63,489 nt of DNA from Chiloscyllium plagiosum (taxonomy: Eukaryota): assembly GCF_004010195.1 (NCBI RefSeq), contig NC_057720.1, forward strand, positions 25,969,257-26,032,745, written 5' to 3'. Of this stretch, positions 48,788-62,219 are shown piece after piece. Made by a program: the position numbers and the translations under genes. A model generated the notes under the pieces. It worked only from the letters and a program-made list of their open reading frames with translations, was not told the origin of the DNA and did no database searches. Every line of letters starts with the position of its first letter. The stretch's first letter is position 1.

Positions 48788-51700
48788 GGCGGCAGTTGCA
48801 ATGGGAGGAGCGACAGCGAAGACCAGAGGCCTGATGGGAAGGTAAATTTAAAATATAAAAACTTACCTCGTGTATAGGCGGAGCACACACTGAGCAGGAG
48901 CAGACTGCTGGGTAAGTGAGGCTTTATATTTGGATGGTTGCTCTACCCAACACACGACTCGGGTAATGTCTCCCACTCATCCTCCTCCTCTAAATGATAA
49001 AAAAGGTCTGTGCACTGATTGGTAAGGTGGCTAGGTTTTTTTTTAGTCTTCAATAGTCTCGTTGGGAATTTAGAATCGTGGAATTGAAGGTTAGGGCAGT
49101 TGAATGTTCCTCCTGCAGAATATAGGAGGTAAGGGTCAGCACTAGTGTCCCTGCTGACTGTACCTGCGGGAAGTGCACCCAACTCCAGCTTCTCAAGAAC
49201 CGCATTAGGGATGTGGTTTGGATGAACTTTGGATCATTTGGGAGGTGGAGGGGGTTATTGGGAGGAATTACAGGGAGGTAGTCACACTTCAGGTACAAGA
49301 AAAAGGCAGATGGGTTACAGTCAGAGGATAGAAGGGGAACTAGCAGGCAGCACAGGAATCCACTATGGCTGTTCCTCTCAACAACAAGCATATTACTATC
49401 AATACTGTTGGGGGAAATAACTTACTAGGGGTAAGCAATGGGGCACATGTCTCCTGCATAGAGTCTGTCCCTTTGCTCAGAAGGGAAGGGGAAGAGGAGC
49501 AAAGCATTAGTCATTTGAGACTCCATAGTTAGGGGGACAGGTAGGAGGTTCTGTGGGAATGAAAGAGACTCACAGTTGGTATGTTACTTCCCAGTTGCCA
49601 GAGTTCGTGATGTCTCTAATTGTGTTTTCGGGATCCTGGCGGGAGAGGGGGAGCAGCCTACATAGGCTCCAACAACATTGGTAGGAAGAGAGATGGGAAT
49701 TTAAGGCAGAAATTCAGGGAGCTAGGGTGGAAGCTTAGAGCTAGAACAAACAGAGCTGTTACCTTTAGTTTGTTGCCCATGCCAGGTGCAAGCGAGGTGA
49801 GGAAAAGGGAGGGAGAGGAATTGAACAGGAATGCTGCAGGAGGGAGGGTTTTGGATTCTTGGATAATTGGGGCTCATTCTGGGGTAGGTGGGACCTCTAC
49901 AAACAGGATGATCTTCACCTGAACCAGAGGGGTACCAATATCCTGGGGGGAAATTTGCTAATGCTCTTCGGGAGGGTTTAAACTAATTCAGCAGAGGATT
50001 GGAAACCTAAATTGTGGTTCCAGTATTCAGGAGTTTGAGAGGAATAAGGTCAGAAATAAGGTTTACAAAGTTGCAACAGGGCACCGGCAAGCAAGAAGTT
50101 GGTTTGAAGTGTGTACACTTCAATGCCAGGAGCATCCGGAATAAGGTGGGTGAACTTGCAGCAAGGGTTGATGCCTGGAATTTCAATGTTGTGGCCATTT
50201 TGGAAACATGGTTAGACAGGGACAGGAATGGTATCACAAGTTCTGGGATTAGATGTTTCAATAAGAACATAGAAGATGGTAAAAGCAGGGAAGGTCTGTC
50301 ATTGTTAGTCAAGGATAGGATTATGTTGGCAGAAAGGACGTTTGAGGGCTCGTCTACTGAGGTAGTATGGGCTGAGATTAGAAACAGGAAAGGGGAGGTC
50401 ACTCTGGCGGGAGTTTTCTATCAGCCTCCGAATAGTTCCAGAGATGTAGAGGAAAGGATAGCAAAGATGATTCTTGATAGGAGCGAGAGTAACAGGATTG
50501 TCATTATGGGGGACCTTAACTTTCCAAATATTGACTGGGAGTACAATATTTTGAGTACTTTAGATGGGTCAGCTTTTGTCCAATGTGTGCAGGAGGGTTT
50601 CCAGACACAGTAGATAGACAGGCCAACAAAGCGTTGGCCACATTGGAATTGGTACTGGGGACTGAACCTGGCCAGGTATTAGATTTGGAGGTAGGTGAGC
50701 ACTTTGGTGATAGTGGCCACAATTCATTGCTGTTTACTTTAGCGATGGAAAGGGATAGGTATACACTGCAGGGCAAGATTTATAGATGGGGGAAAGGCAA
50801 TTATGATGCAATTCGGCAAGCTTTAGGATGCATAGGATGGGGAAGGAAACTGCAGGCCATTGGCACAATTGAAATGTGGAGCTTATTCAAGGAACAGATA
50901 TGTCCTTGATAAGTATGTAGTGGTCAGGCAGGGAGGAAATTGTCGAGTGAGTGAGCCATGGCTTACTAAATAAGTTGAAGCTCTTGTCAAGAGGAAGAAG
51001 AAGGCTTATGTTAGGACGAGATGTGAAGACTCAGTTAGGGTGCTTGAGAGTTACAAGTTAGCCAGGGAAGACCTAAAGAGAGAGCTAAGAAGAGCCAGGA
51101 GAGGATATGAGAAGTCTTTGGTCGACAGGATCAAGGAAAATCCAAAGGCTTTCTATAGGTATATCAGGAACAAAAGAATGACTTGAGTAAGATTAGGGCC
51201 AATCAAGGATAATAGTGGGAAGTTGTACGTGGAGTCAGAGGAGATAGGGATGCACTAAATGAATACTTTTCATCAGTATCCATACTGGAAAAAGATAATG
51301 TTGTTGGGGAGAATACTGAGATATAGACTACTAGACTAGTAATTCTGGAAAGTGTGAAAATAGATCATCCCCTGGGCTGGATGGGATTTATCCTAGGATT
51401 CTCTGGGAAGTCAGGGAGGAGATTGCAGAGCTGTTGCCTTTGATCTTTATGTCGTCATTGTCTACAGGAATAGTGCCAGAAGACTGGAGGATAGCAAATG
51501 TTGTTCCCATGTTCGAGAAGGGGAGTAGAGACAATTCTGTTAATTGTAGACCAGTGAGCCTTACTTCAGTTGTGGGTAAAATGTTGGAAAAGATTATAAG
51601 AGATAGGATTTATAAGCATCTAGAAAGGAATAAGTTGATTAGGAATAGTCAACACGATTTTGTAAAGGGTAAGTCATGCCTCACAAACCGGGATTGAGTT

Positions 51701-52873
51701 CTGTGGATTAGGGTAAAGCAGTTTATGTGCTGTATATGGACTTTATTAAGACATTTGTTAAAGTTCCCCATGTTAGGCTATTGCACAAAATAAGGAGGCA
51801 TGGGATTGAGGGCGATTTAGCAGTTTGGATCAAATATTGACTAGCTGAAAGAAGACAGAGGCTGGTAGTTGATGGGAAATGTTCATCTTGGAGTTCACTT
51901 ACTGGTGGTGTACTGCAAGGATCTGTTTTGAGGCCACTGCAGTTTGCCATTTTTATAAATGACCTGGATGAGGGAATGGAAGGATGGATTAGTAAATTTG
52001 TGAATGACAATAAATTTGGTAGAGTTGTAGATGTTGCCAAAGGATATGGTCAGTTACAGAAGGACATAGATAAGCTGCAGAGCTGGGCTGAGAGGTGGCA
52101 AATGGAGTTTAATGCAGACACTGTGAGGTGATTCATTTGGAAAGCATAACAGGAATGCAGAGTACTGGAGAGATTTTTGGTAGTGTAGATGAACAGAGAG
52201 ATCTCAGTGTCCATGTACATAGATCCCTGAAAGCTGCCACTTAGGTTGATAGGGTTGTTAAGAAGGTATACAGTGTGTTAGCTTTTATTGGTAGAGGGAT
52301 TGAGTTTTGGAGCCGTGAGGTCATGCTGCAGCTGTACAAAATTCTGATGTGTCCATATTTAGAGTATTGCGTACAGTTCTGGTCACCACATCATAGGAAG
52401 GATGTGGAAACTTTGGAAAGGGTTGAGAGGAGATTTACTAGGATGCTGCCTGGTATGAAGGAAAGGTCTTATGAGGAAAGGCTGAGGAACTTGAGGCTGT
52501 TTTCATTGGAGAGGAGAAGGTTGAGAGGTGACTTAATTGAGATGTATAAGATAATCAGAGGGTTAGATAGTTTAGACATTGAGGGCTTTTTTCCTTGGAT
52601 GGTGACTGCTAGCACGAGGGAACATAGTTTTAAATTTGAGGGGTGATAGATGTAGGACACATGTCAGAGGTAGTTTCTTTACTCAGAGAGTAGCAGGGGA
52701 ATCGAACAGCCTGCCTGCAATAGTAGTAGACTTGCCAAATCTAAGGGCATTTAAATGGTCATTGGATAGACATATGGAATAGTGTAGTTTAGGTGGGCTT
52801 CAGATTGGTTTCACAGGTTGGTGCAACATCGAGGGCTGAAGGGCCTGTACTGTGCTGTAATGTTCTATGTTCT
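48788..52873 (+). mobile_element. Essentially full-length CR1 LINE (5'UTR, ORF1, ORF2), disrupted
   Basis: VRAVECSSCR..CGKCTQ, DSIVRG, IGSNNIG; FNARSIRNK, MGDLNFP, PEDWRIANV, KFVNDNK, YLEYCVQFW; tail tgttctatgttct. Confidence 0.97.
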
Positions 52874-53152
52874 GAAGCACAGATTTGTCACATTTGAGTC
52901 TATGCAATGAATAGTGCTGGAAAACAGGGTGAAACTTTGTTTTGTATCATCTTTTAAGGTCTTTCTAACTATGTTCAATGCATAGCTAGTTTGGATTTTA
53001 TTTAATTTTTATTTTGTGTAACAAACTTTTGTTCTGTTTTTAAAGAAGCTCTATAACCTTTCAAGGTTATGGTTTTTAACTGACAATAATAATTTTAAAA
53101 ACCAAGCCAGATTTCATTAGAATAATAATTATAATGTTTATCTGTCAAGTCA

Positions 53153-53327
53153 CGTGTGTGTGTATGTGAGTGCGTGTGTGTGTGTGTCTGTCTGTCTATC
53201 TGTCTGTCTGTGTGTGTCTGCCTGTCTGTCTGTGCGTGCGCGCACGTGTGTCTGTGTATGCGTCTGTGTGTCTGTAATTGTGTCTGTGTGTGTGTATATG
53301 TGTGTCTGTGTGTGAGTGTATGTGTGT
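53153..53327. repeat. Compound (TG)n/(TCTG)n microsatellite
   Basis: Direct reading. Confidence 0.98.
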
Positions 53328-54109
53328 CCAGCCACATTTGGTTGATGGCTTTTACTGTCCAGCCAAGTAAGTTGTCCTAAATTCAAGTGTCAGACATAGC
53401 ATGAAATTTTGGGGCCACACTATTTGATCTGTTGAGTCTAATATGTCTGATACATGGTTTGGCCAAGCTCTTGACTGGAATTTTTAAAAATCTTCCAAGC
53501 ATGAAATGCTTGACTGTGTCAAGACAAATATCTTTTCATTAGAATGCAATAAGCCTGTAGCAAATATAATTAGTGTAAAATTAAAAATACTGCTGAACCA
53601 GGACATTGTTTCATGACATATCTAGAATTTGCATCAGTAGACTATAAGCAATGACAAGGAATGAAAGGACACACAGCTAAATGTCCTATAGCACAGCACA
53701 GTATATGCGATATAGAGCTAGACACTATAACAGTGCAGCACAGCAAATTGCAATTCAATACAGTTCAATATCACTTGCCAGAATAAAATAAAGTTTGCAA
53801 AAACTTGGCACAATATAAGAAAATGTAATGGAACTCAAAGAATAGAAAATTCCATAGTACTGACGCAGTAGTTTAATGTATAATAGCACAATCAAGCCAA
53901 ACTTAACAGCCCAGAAATTGCTGGATAAATGGTGAGTCAGAATAATATTAGTGTTGAAAACCCCCAGCAATATGAGTTGCAAATCATCATAAATTGGTGA
54001 ATGTTTTGCATTCTACATACTAACCTTTCAAAAATGGCAGCTTGCACTATCAAATTGTTACTGAGCATCAAAAATTGTTACTGTTTTAGCATAAATAGAA
54101 ACAAAGCTG

Positions 54110-55745
54110 AATCACAGAATTGTTAATGCACTGAATGAGTCCATTTGGCCTGTTGTGTCTGTGCTGATTCTCTGAATTTACAATTAACCTGTTCCCATTC
54201 CATTGCATTCTCACCTTTCTCTTCCTTTTCAGTTCATAGTCCAATTCCCCTTGATTTCCCTAATTTAATTTGCCTCTAAAACATTATCAGGTGGTACATT
54301 ATCTTTATTACTTGGTGTACAAAAAAAAGTTTCTCATCGTGTCTCCATTTTTTTCCTAATTGCATTAAACCAAGTTTTCAAGTTCTTAATTCTTCCATTA
54401 TGCATGTAAACATGTTTTCCCTTTTCACTCTTTCAGACCCTTCATGATTCTGAGAACTGCTATCAAATCTCTTTGCAACTTTTTTTCCTCCAAGGAAATC
54501 AATCCCAATTGCTCCAATCTATCTATCTACACAATTAAATTCCTCAAACTGGAAGCTATGTTTGTGAATCCTTTTTACACTCTGTAATGCCTTCAAATAT
54601 TTCCTAAAGTATGGCTTTAGAACTGAGAATGACATGGTTTTATACAAGAGCAACATTGCTCTTCTATTCTGTGTTCCTATTAATGAAGTCCAGGACTCTG
54701 TGTGCATTTCTCAAAATTCTTAATGAGTTATGCGCATATACATTCAAGTCCCTCTGCTCTTTCACCCCTTTGCGTTGTCTTGTCACTTCTCATCCTGCTG
54801 ACCAAAACAAATAATGCACTTCTCCTCATTGAATTTCTTCTGCTACTTGTTCGCCCATTCGACCAACTTGTTTATGACCTTTTGGAGTTCCACCGCGACA
54901 CGGTGGCACAGTGGTTAGCACTGCTGCCTCACAGCGCCAGAGACCCGGGTTCAATTCCCGCCTCAGGCGACTCTCTGTGTGGAGTTTGCACATTCTCCCC
55001 GTGTCTGCGTGGGTTTCCTCCGGGTGCTCCGGTTTCCTCCCACAATCCAAAAATGTGCGGGTTAGGTGAATTGACCATGCTAAATTGTCCGCAGTGTTAG
55101 GTGAAGGGGTAAATGTAGGAGTATGGGTCTGGGTGGTATACGCTTCGGCGGGTCGGTGTGGACTTGTTGGGCCGAAGGGCCTGTTTCCACACTGTAAGTA
55201 ATCTAATCTAATCACACTATCCTCCTCACAGTTCACAATTCTTCCAAATATCATATCATCCACAAATCTTGAAACTGAACCCTGAATACCAACGTTTGGG
55301 CCATATATCTGAAGAAAAGCAAAGGTTCCAACATTGACCGCTGGAGACGTCCACTGCTAATTTTCCTTCAGTCCAAAAAGCATTCATGAACCATGACTCA
55401 CTGGTTTCTTCCATTGAGCTGATTTTGTATCCATGTCACTACTTTCCCTTTTGTTGTATGTGGTCTAACTTTGCTTGCAAGTCTGATGTGTGACACTATA
55501 TTAAATGTCTTTTACAGGACCATTTACAGTACCACATGAACAGCATTATCCTCATTAGTCTTTTCTCTTATCTCTGCAAAAGGCTCAAGTCACCTAATTA
55601 AATATAATTTACCCGTAACAAATCCATGATGGCTTTCCTTAATTAACTTGTTTTTACTGAGGTGATTATTAATTTTGTCCTATGTTATTTTTTCTAGAAT
55701 CTTTGCTACTACTGAAGTTAAATTGGCTAGCCCGTAGTTGCTGGC
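54110..55745 (-). mobile_element. Old decayed CR1 with nested HE1
   Basis: Reverse-strand CR1 RT and tail remnants (agacccttcatgatt, aaatccatgatggc). Confidence 0.65.
54893..55212 (+). mobile_element. HE1-type V-SINE, full length and young
   Basis: CpG-rich consensus-like copy with taatctaatctaatc tail. Confidence 0.96.
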
Positions 55746-56124
55746 CATACCTTTATTGAATGTGCTGCAGTGCATTCAGTACCACCTTGTGATTACAGTA
55801 GTTTGCTGTCACCATCCTCTCACCTTGACTAAGTCTAAGGGCTTACTTGGTTTATCGTAGTAAGAGGAATACCACTGGTAAGTCTTAATGAGAGGAGCCT
55901 TTTACCTTAAGCTAGATGTAGTTTATTGCATGGTGACAACCAGGTCCAAGTTACATTAATAATTTAGACATTATTACTAAGACTATTGGGAAACGTGGAT
56001 ACGGATCTTCATCCTACAAGATTCTAAGATGTTTTGTCTTGCCTTCACAACTCCAAACCATCTGCAGCATAACTATTACACTGCCTGGCACCCTGTCAGG
56101 GTGGCATCTTGTATACCTTCAAGC

Positions 56125-57362
56125 CAGAGCTGAAAAATGTGTTGCTGGAAAAGCACAGCAGGTCAGGAAGCATCCAAGGAGCAGGAGAATCAACGTTACG
56201 GGCATAAGCCCTTCTTCAGGGGGGAAGCATTTATGTTATAGTTGGGGGTGGTAGGTGTAGTGGTGAATGTAGAGTGCTGGTGGAGAAAAGCTGTTGATAA
56301 TTTTCAGATTAAGCGATTGGAATGCGAGAACTGCAGAACAATTATATGTCTGCAAGACTTGAAAGAGAAGACAGTCCCATTGGGGTGGGGGTAGAGAGAG
56401 GACATTGTGACTTGAAAATGTGACAAGGAAAGCTAAAACAAAGGGAAGAAATGGGAGTTGGTTCACAATTTGAAGACGTTGAACTCAATATTAAGTCCAG
56501 AAGGCTGTAAAGTGCATAGCCTGAAGATGAGATGTTGTTTCTCCAATTCTCTACCATTTCAGACAACTCCAGCAGAATGCCACCACCAAACACATTTTTC
56601 CCCTACTCTCCCTGTCTGCATTTTGCAGGGATAAATCCTGCTGGGATAGCCTAATCCATTCCAACACCACCAATCCCCCCCCCCCCCCCTCCCCCATCCC
56701 CTCTCCACAGCACCTTTCCATGTAGATTAGATTATTTTAGATTACATTACAGTGTGGAAACAGGCCCTTCGGCCCAACAAGTCCACACCGACCCACCGAA
56801 GCGTAACCCACCCATATGTTTGCCCCTTACCTAACACTACGGGCAATTTAGCATGGCCAATTCACCTGACCTGCACATCTTTGGACTGTGGGAGGAAACC
56901 GGAGCACCCGGAGGAAACCCACACAGACACGGGGAGAACGTGCAAACTCCACACAGTCAGTTGTAATCACAGAAGCTGTAACATCTGCCCCTTCACCTCC
57001 TCCCTGCCCACCATCTGAGGGTCTAAATATTTTTTTCCAGGTGAAGCAGCATTTTACCTGGCCCCCAGTGGGGCAGTCTTCTCTTTTAAGTCTGGCAGTT
57101 AGACACACCATTGTTCTGCCATTCTCACATTCTGATGAACGATCAACATCTATTTTCCACCAGCACTCTACATCCCCCATCAGCCAGCTCCCCCGCAACT
57201 ATAGCATAAAAGCTGTCCCCTTTACACATCGCTTCAGCTCTGATGCAAGAGTCATCTAGACCCGAACTGTTAGTTTGCTCTCTCTCATGGTTTCTGCCTG
57301 ACCTGCTGTGATCTCCAGCATTTGTTGTTTTCAGTACAGATTCCATCATCTGCAGTAATTTG
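56125..57362. mobile_element. Rearranged PLE fragments in both orientations, with nested HE1 (-, 56722-56960)
   Basis: Family-A arm 56125-56220; FQVKQHFT; terminal repeat 57240-57362. Confidence 0.75.
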
Positions 57363-57616
57363 CTCTGGGAAAAAAAACATATTGTTGATCTTCTAAACTG
57401 AAAACCTAATACTTAAATGTTTACTTTGTTCATTGTAGAACTCTTTCATGTAAATACATTCTCATTAGCTTCCAAGATCTACCTCTTCCATACTTCTTTA
57501 AAAAAAATTACCATGCTATAGTGATTTTTATAAGTTAATATTAAACATCTTCAAAGACACGGACAACATCCCACATGTAACCAGTTCAAATCTAAAATTT
57601 AAACTAAATAATATTT

Positions 57617-57670
57617 GTGTGTGTGTTTGTGTGCTTGTGTGTGTGTGCTTGTGTATGTGTGTGTGTGTGT
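57617..57670. repeat. Imperfect (TG)n
   Basis: Direct reading. Confidence 0.95.
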
Positions 57671-57766
57671 AATGTCTCTCATGCTGTGAGTTGGAAGCAC
57701 AGCCTTTGAAGAATGCATGCTGTGTGTGTGCATGCCAGTGTATGGTTAGCTGCTAGATCAACTGTG

Positions 57767-57961
57767 AGAAAGTGAGGACTGCAGATGCTGGAGGTCAGAG
57801 TCAAAAAGTGTGGTGCTGGAAAAACACAGCCAGTCAGGCAGAATCTGAGGAGCAGGACAATCCGCATTGCAAGAAGACCTTATGCTTGAAATGCCAACTC
57901 TCCTGCTCCTGGGATGCTGCCTGATGGCTGTGTTTTTCCAGCACCACACTTTCTGACGCCG
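57767..57961. mobile_element. Self-inverted PLE family-A insertion
   Basis: 11-bp TSD GATCAACTGTG at 57756-57766 and 57962-57972. Confidence 0.85.
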
Positions 57962-58011
57962 GATCAACTGTGTTGAAGTTATGATGCTGGTTGTTACAGT
58001 TGTGGAGATGT

Positions 58012-58213
58012 CGGTCAAGAGTGTAGTGCTGGAAAAGGGCAGCAGGTCAGTCAGCATCCGAGGAGTGGGAGAATCGACATTTCGGTTCCAGATGAAGGGC
58101 TTATGCTCGAAATGTCGATTCTCCTGCTCCTCGGATGCTGCCTGACCTGTTGTGCTTTTTCAGTACTACACTCTCGACTCTGATCTCCAGCATCTGCAGT
58201 TCTCACTTTCTCC
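58012..58213. mobile_element. Self-inverted PLE family-A insertion
   Basis: 15-bp TSD CAGTT(G/A)TGGAGATGT at 57997-58011 and 58214-58228. Confidence 0.85.
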
Positions 58214-58244
58214 CAGTTATGGAGATGTATTTGTGTGATGGGAT

Positions 58245-58440
58245 CTTACATCAGCAACTCATATCCTGGGAACAGGACGTCTGGCTGTCACTTCTCTGCT
58301 GGCCTTGACCCATATTCACGAGAATATTTGCCTTTGTTGTTTCTTCCCAATCCCTCACACACTCTGTCTGCCTTGGGTGCAGGATATGCCTCCTCCTCTG
58401 TACAGGATATCCTTCCTCTGTACCTTCACCATTGGGGACT
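58245..58440 (-). mobile_element. Probable Harbinger Myb/SANT-ORF remnant
   Basis: VQRRRHILHP...RDWEE...QRSDSQ resembles the trihelix V..RR.IL.P...AWEEV...RT..Q pattern. Confidence 0.45.
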
Positions 58441-61079
58441 CTAGTGAGGGCAGGTTACATAAACCGTTCCATGAAAATTACTCCTCATCGGCACTAACTA
58501 TTAAACATTAGGTACTTATTTGCACTGTTCCGAGATCTCAATCATTGTAATCAGCAAATAACCCCAAAATTGTGAGACTTTTAAACATGTGTCCTTTTGG
58601 ATTGTACCCACCTAACACACCTACTTTTATTCCCTTCCCACATTAACTCCTTTATTTCTAACATTTCCTTTCATATTTTTTCTCTGTCTCTTAATTTATC
58701 TTCCTTTCTCTTCATTTTTCTTATCCAACTTGACTCCAATTCGCTTTATGCCTCTATTTGTTATTTGCTCTGTTTCTTTCACTATCCTTCAATCTAATTG
58801 GTTAAGGAGATAGACAATTGGTACCATCATTCACCGTGGTCCCAGATGGCACATTAACCCAGTTAGCCATTTTCATTTTCAGCAACTGTGCTATAAAAAT
58901 AATTGAAGTTGAACAGTGAACAAAGCAAGGTCCCTCATACGCTCTCTGCAAGATACCCAGCTCCAGCAACTTCTGGGCCAATAACATGCAGAATGCAGCT
59001 GAAAGCAATACAACACAGGGTAACAGAATAGATAATGTATCACAACTCAATTTAAGACTGCTTACAGACATCAATAGAATTCAACATCCGACATTGATCA
59101 CAGGAGTTCGTATAACTTTGCTTAGAAGACACAACAGTTCAATATAAGACATAGCAAAAAAACCCCAGAAAAACACAACTTAATAGAAAAGCACAATGTA
59201 GCATACATAACACAAAACACCAAAACATTGTAGCGCCATGTGATACCATACAATATAACACACCATTAACAAGTTGTTCTTAGTAAGCATTTACATCCTC
59301 ACAGTTGCTATTGATTTAGTTGGTGTCTCCATGTATTACATAGTCTTCACAGCATAGAAACTGGCCAAATAGCACAACTGGTCCATGCTGATGTTTATAT
59401 TCCACACAAGCCTCCTCCAACCCTTCTTTGTCCAACCGCTATCAATATAACTTTCAGTTGCTCTCTCCACCATGTGATTATCCAGCTTCCCCTTGAATGC
59501 ATCTATTCAATATGAATCAGTTACTCCCTGTGGGATCAACTCCTATATTCTGAACACTCTCCCCAAAGCCTCCGAGCAGTGACTGCCTGCACTACACCCC
59601 CACACACTCTGTCCACAGAAGTTGGCATCGAAGACGCACCAGCCTCACCACATCATCGCATATCTTCAAGAGAAATTGTTGAGAAACTCAGCAAGTATGG
59701 CACCATCTGCGGAGAGAAAGCAGGCTTTATGTTTTGAGGCCTAGAGTCACTGGATTCTAAATGTTAGCTGTACTTTCTCTCCACCGATGCTGCCAGACCT
59801 GCAATGTCTACTTTTGTTTGAGACCTTCAGCATCCACAGTTTTTCTCATCACCCAACTGATTCACTCAGAATACATTATCTACTTTAACACTGCACTTTG
59901 GAGCACACCAGCACCTTTCATTGTCATGCTGCTGTCAAGCTGCTTTGCATTCATGCACCCATCTTGTACACCAAAGGAGGATGCATTTCAGGGCTCTTCC
60001 TTCACTTTCCTAATGCTTACTCACTTTGCACCTTTGCACCTTGGATGCTCACAGCATTTCTGCTTTGCCGTCTCATTCAGAACCGATAAGCTGACATTAC
60101 TTCTATCTTACCTTGCCTTTTAAAGCCAACACAAAGCCAGGCAGCGTGTCAGCCATCAGTAATGATCAGTCAAGTGCAATAGATATGTTGCTGAACAGCA
60201 ATGAACTACATCATTGTTACACCTGTACCATGTTCTGTTTACACAGAGAGTGTATTGCTGGTGCTTCAATTAAATGACAGGGTCAATTAAATGACTGAGT
60301 AGTCCTCAGTCAAATTCAGTGGAAATGTCACCAGTCATGACTCATAGTACTGTACCAGCACAGTAAGTCAAGAGCATCATCCAGTCTCAATCCAGGAACT
60401 TGGATGTGGTCAGTCAGCCTCTTAGAACATCCAAGGTCAGAGCAGCTGTTCCATGTCATTGCAGTCTAGGGAGTGGGTCACTCATTTTACACTCTGGTGC
60501 AACTGTCTGGGCATTTCAAATAGGTTAACTGACAAGCTACTTGGATATCAGTCAGGAATCTGATCTCTCAAGGTTCCTTATTTAAGTTAGTCAGAAGGGT
60601 GTGCCACACAGAGACCTGGAGGCCTATTCACAACAGTCAAGGTGGGTTATCAGGGGGCAGCGCTGTGGGAGGGAAGTTTGGGAGGCAGGAAACTGGGTTG
60701 TGGAAGGGGCAATAATTCTGATGCAGCAAATCAAAATAAATGTGGGACACAGTAGTCCAAGGAAGGGCATGAGTTGCTGTGTGGGGGTATTATTTACAGT
60801 TACTATTGGGGTAGTGTTGGGAGATGAAGACTTCAGTGAAAGAGTTAGATAATCAGTGGAAGCTCAGAATTGATGAGGTCAACAAGAGGCCAACAAGGAA
60901 GATTTGAGTGTCTCCTAATTTACCAAGCTTAGCCTACGACTCTGCTTTGTCTTTCCATCTGAATCACAAAAGTACAGTTGAAATAAATAAATGGCCGCCA
61001 TCATACCTGGAGGGGGCAGAGAATTTTTTTTTTAAATCTAAATTTGCCTGGAGGTGTTAAAATAAAAACCTATAGGTTC

Positions 61080-62215
61080 ACAATCAAGTGCTGCCGATGT
61101 GTATTTGGGAGTTGGGTCAGACCCGGCTGTGGGCCCTGTCAACAACGGCGCTGGGGAATCCTTGGTTGAGGAGGAAGGTGGACATTTTGGAGGGCCCTTT
61201 TTTGAAATTGGCATCATCAGAACACATATGACGGAGCTGGATGAACTGGGAGAATGGAATACTGTCTTTACAGAAAGCAGAGTGTGAGGATGTATAGTCA
61301 AGGTAACTGTGGGAGTCAGTGGGTTTATGGTGAACATTGATGATCAGTGTATCCCTGGAAATAGAAACAGAGATGTTGGAAAGGGAAGGGAGGAGTCTGA
61401 ATGGACCAGGTGATGTTGAGAGTGGTGGAAATTAGAAGCAAAACTGATAAACATTTCCAATTCTGGACAAGTAAGAGAAACAGCATTGATGGTATCATTG
61501 ATACATCAGAGAAAGAGTTGTGAATGGGTGCCAAAATTGGACTGGAACAAGGAATGTTCCATGTACTCCGTGAAGAGACAGGCATAACTGGGGCCTATGC
61601 ATTTCCACCCCTTTGACCTGAGGAAAGTGAAAGGAGTTAATAGAGAAGTTGTTCAGGGTGAGGACGAGCTCGGCCAGGCAGAGGAGAGTGTGGAAGGTTC
61701 TGGGCCTTTGTTCCAGGAAGAAGTGGAGACCTTTGAGACCATTCTGATGGGGGATGAATGTGTAAAGGGATTGCACGTCCATGGTTAAGAGGAGGCAGCT
61801 GGAGCATACAAACTGGAAATTTTGAAACTGACACAAAGCGTATGAGGAATTGCAGATATAAGTAGGAAGGGACTGGACAGGGAGGAGTAAAAAAACCAAG
61901 TCGAGGTAGAAAGAGATGAGTTCTGGGGGGGCAAGAGCAAGCAGAAACATTGGGTTTTCCTAGGTAGTCCTGCTTGTGGGTTTTTGGAAGGAGGTAGAAG
62001 CGAGCTGTGTGGGGTTGGGAGACTGTGAGCTTGGAGGCAGTGGGGAGGGAGGTGGGGATCACCAGATGAAATGAGTTTAGTGACTATTGTGGACATGGTA
62101 ACCTAATGGTTCATGGTGGGGTCATGGTCCAGAGGGAGGCAGGAGAGAGTATCTGAGAGCTGGCTCTGAGCCTCTGCAAAGTAGAGGTCAGTGCACCAGA
62201 CAGCAACAGCACCCA
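61080..62215 (-). mobile_element. PLE reverse transcriptase fragment
   Basis: ARFYLLPKTHK, LLTMDVQSLYTFIP, LAELVLTLNNFS..QVKGV. Confidence 0.9.
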
Positions 62216-62219
62216 TGTC

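Noticed and set aside
53095..53386. His/Thr- and Cys/Val-rich ORFs
   Set aside because: Translation of a microsatellite
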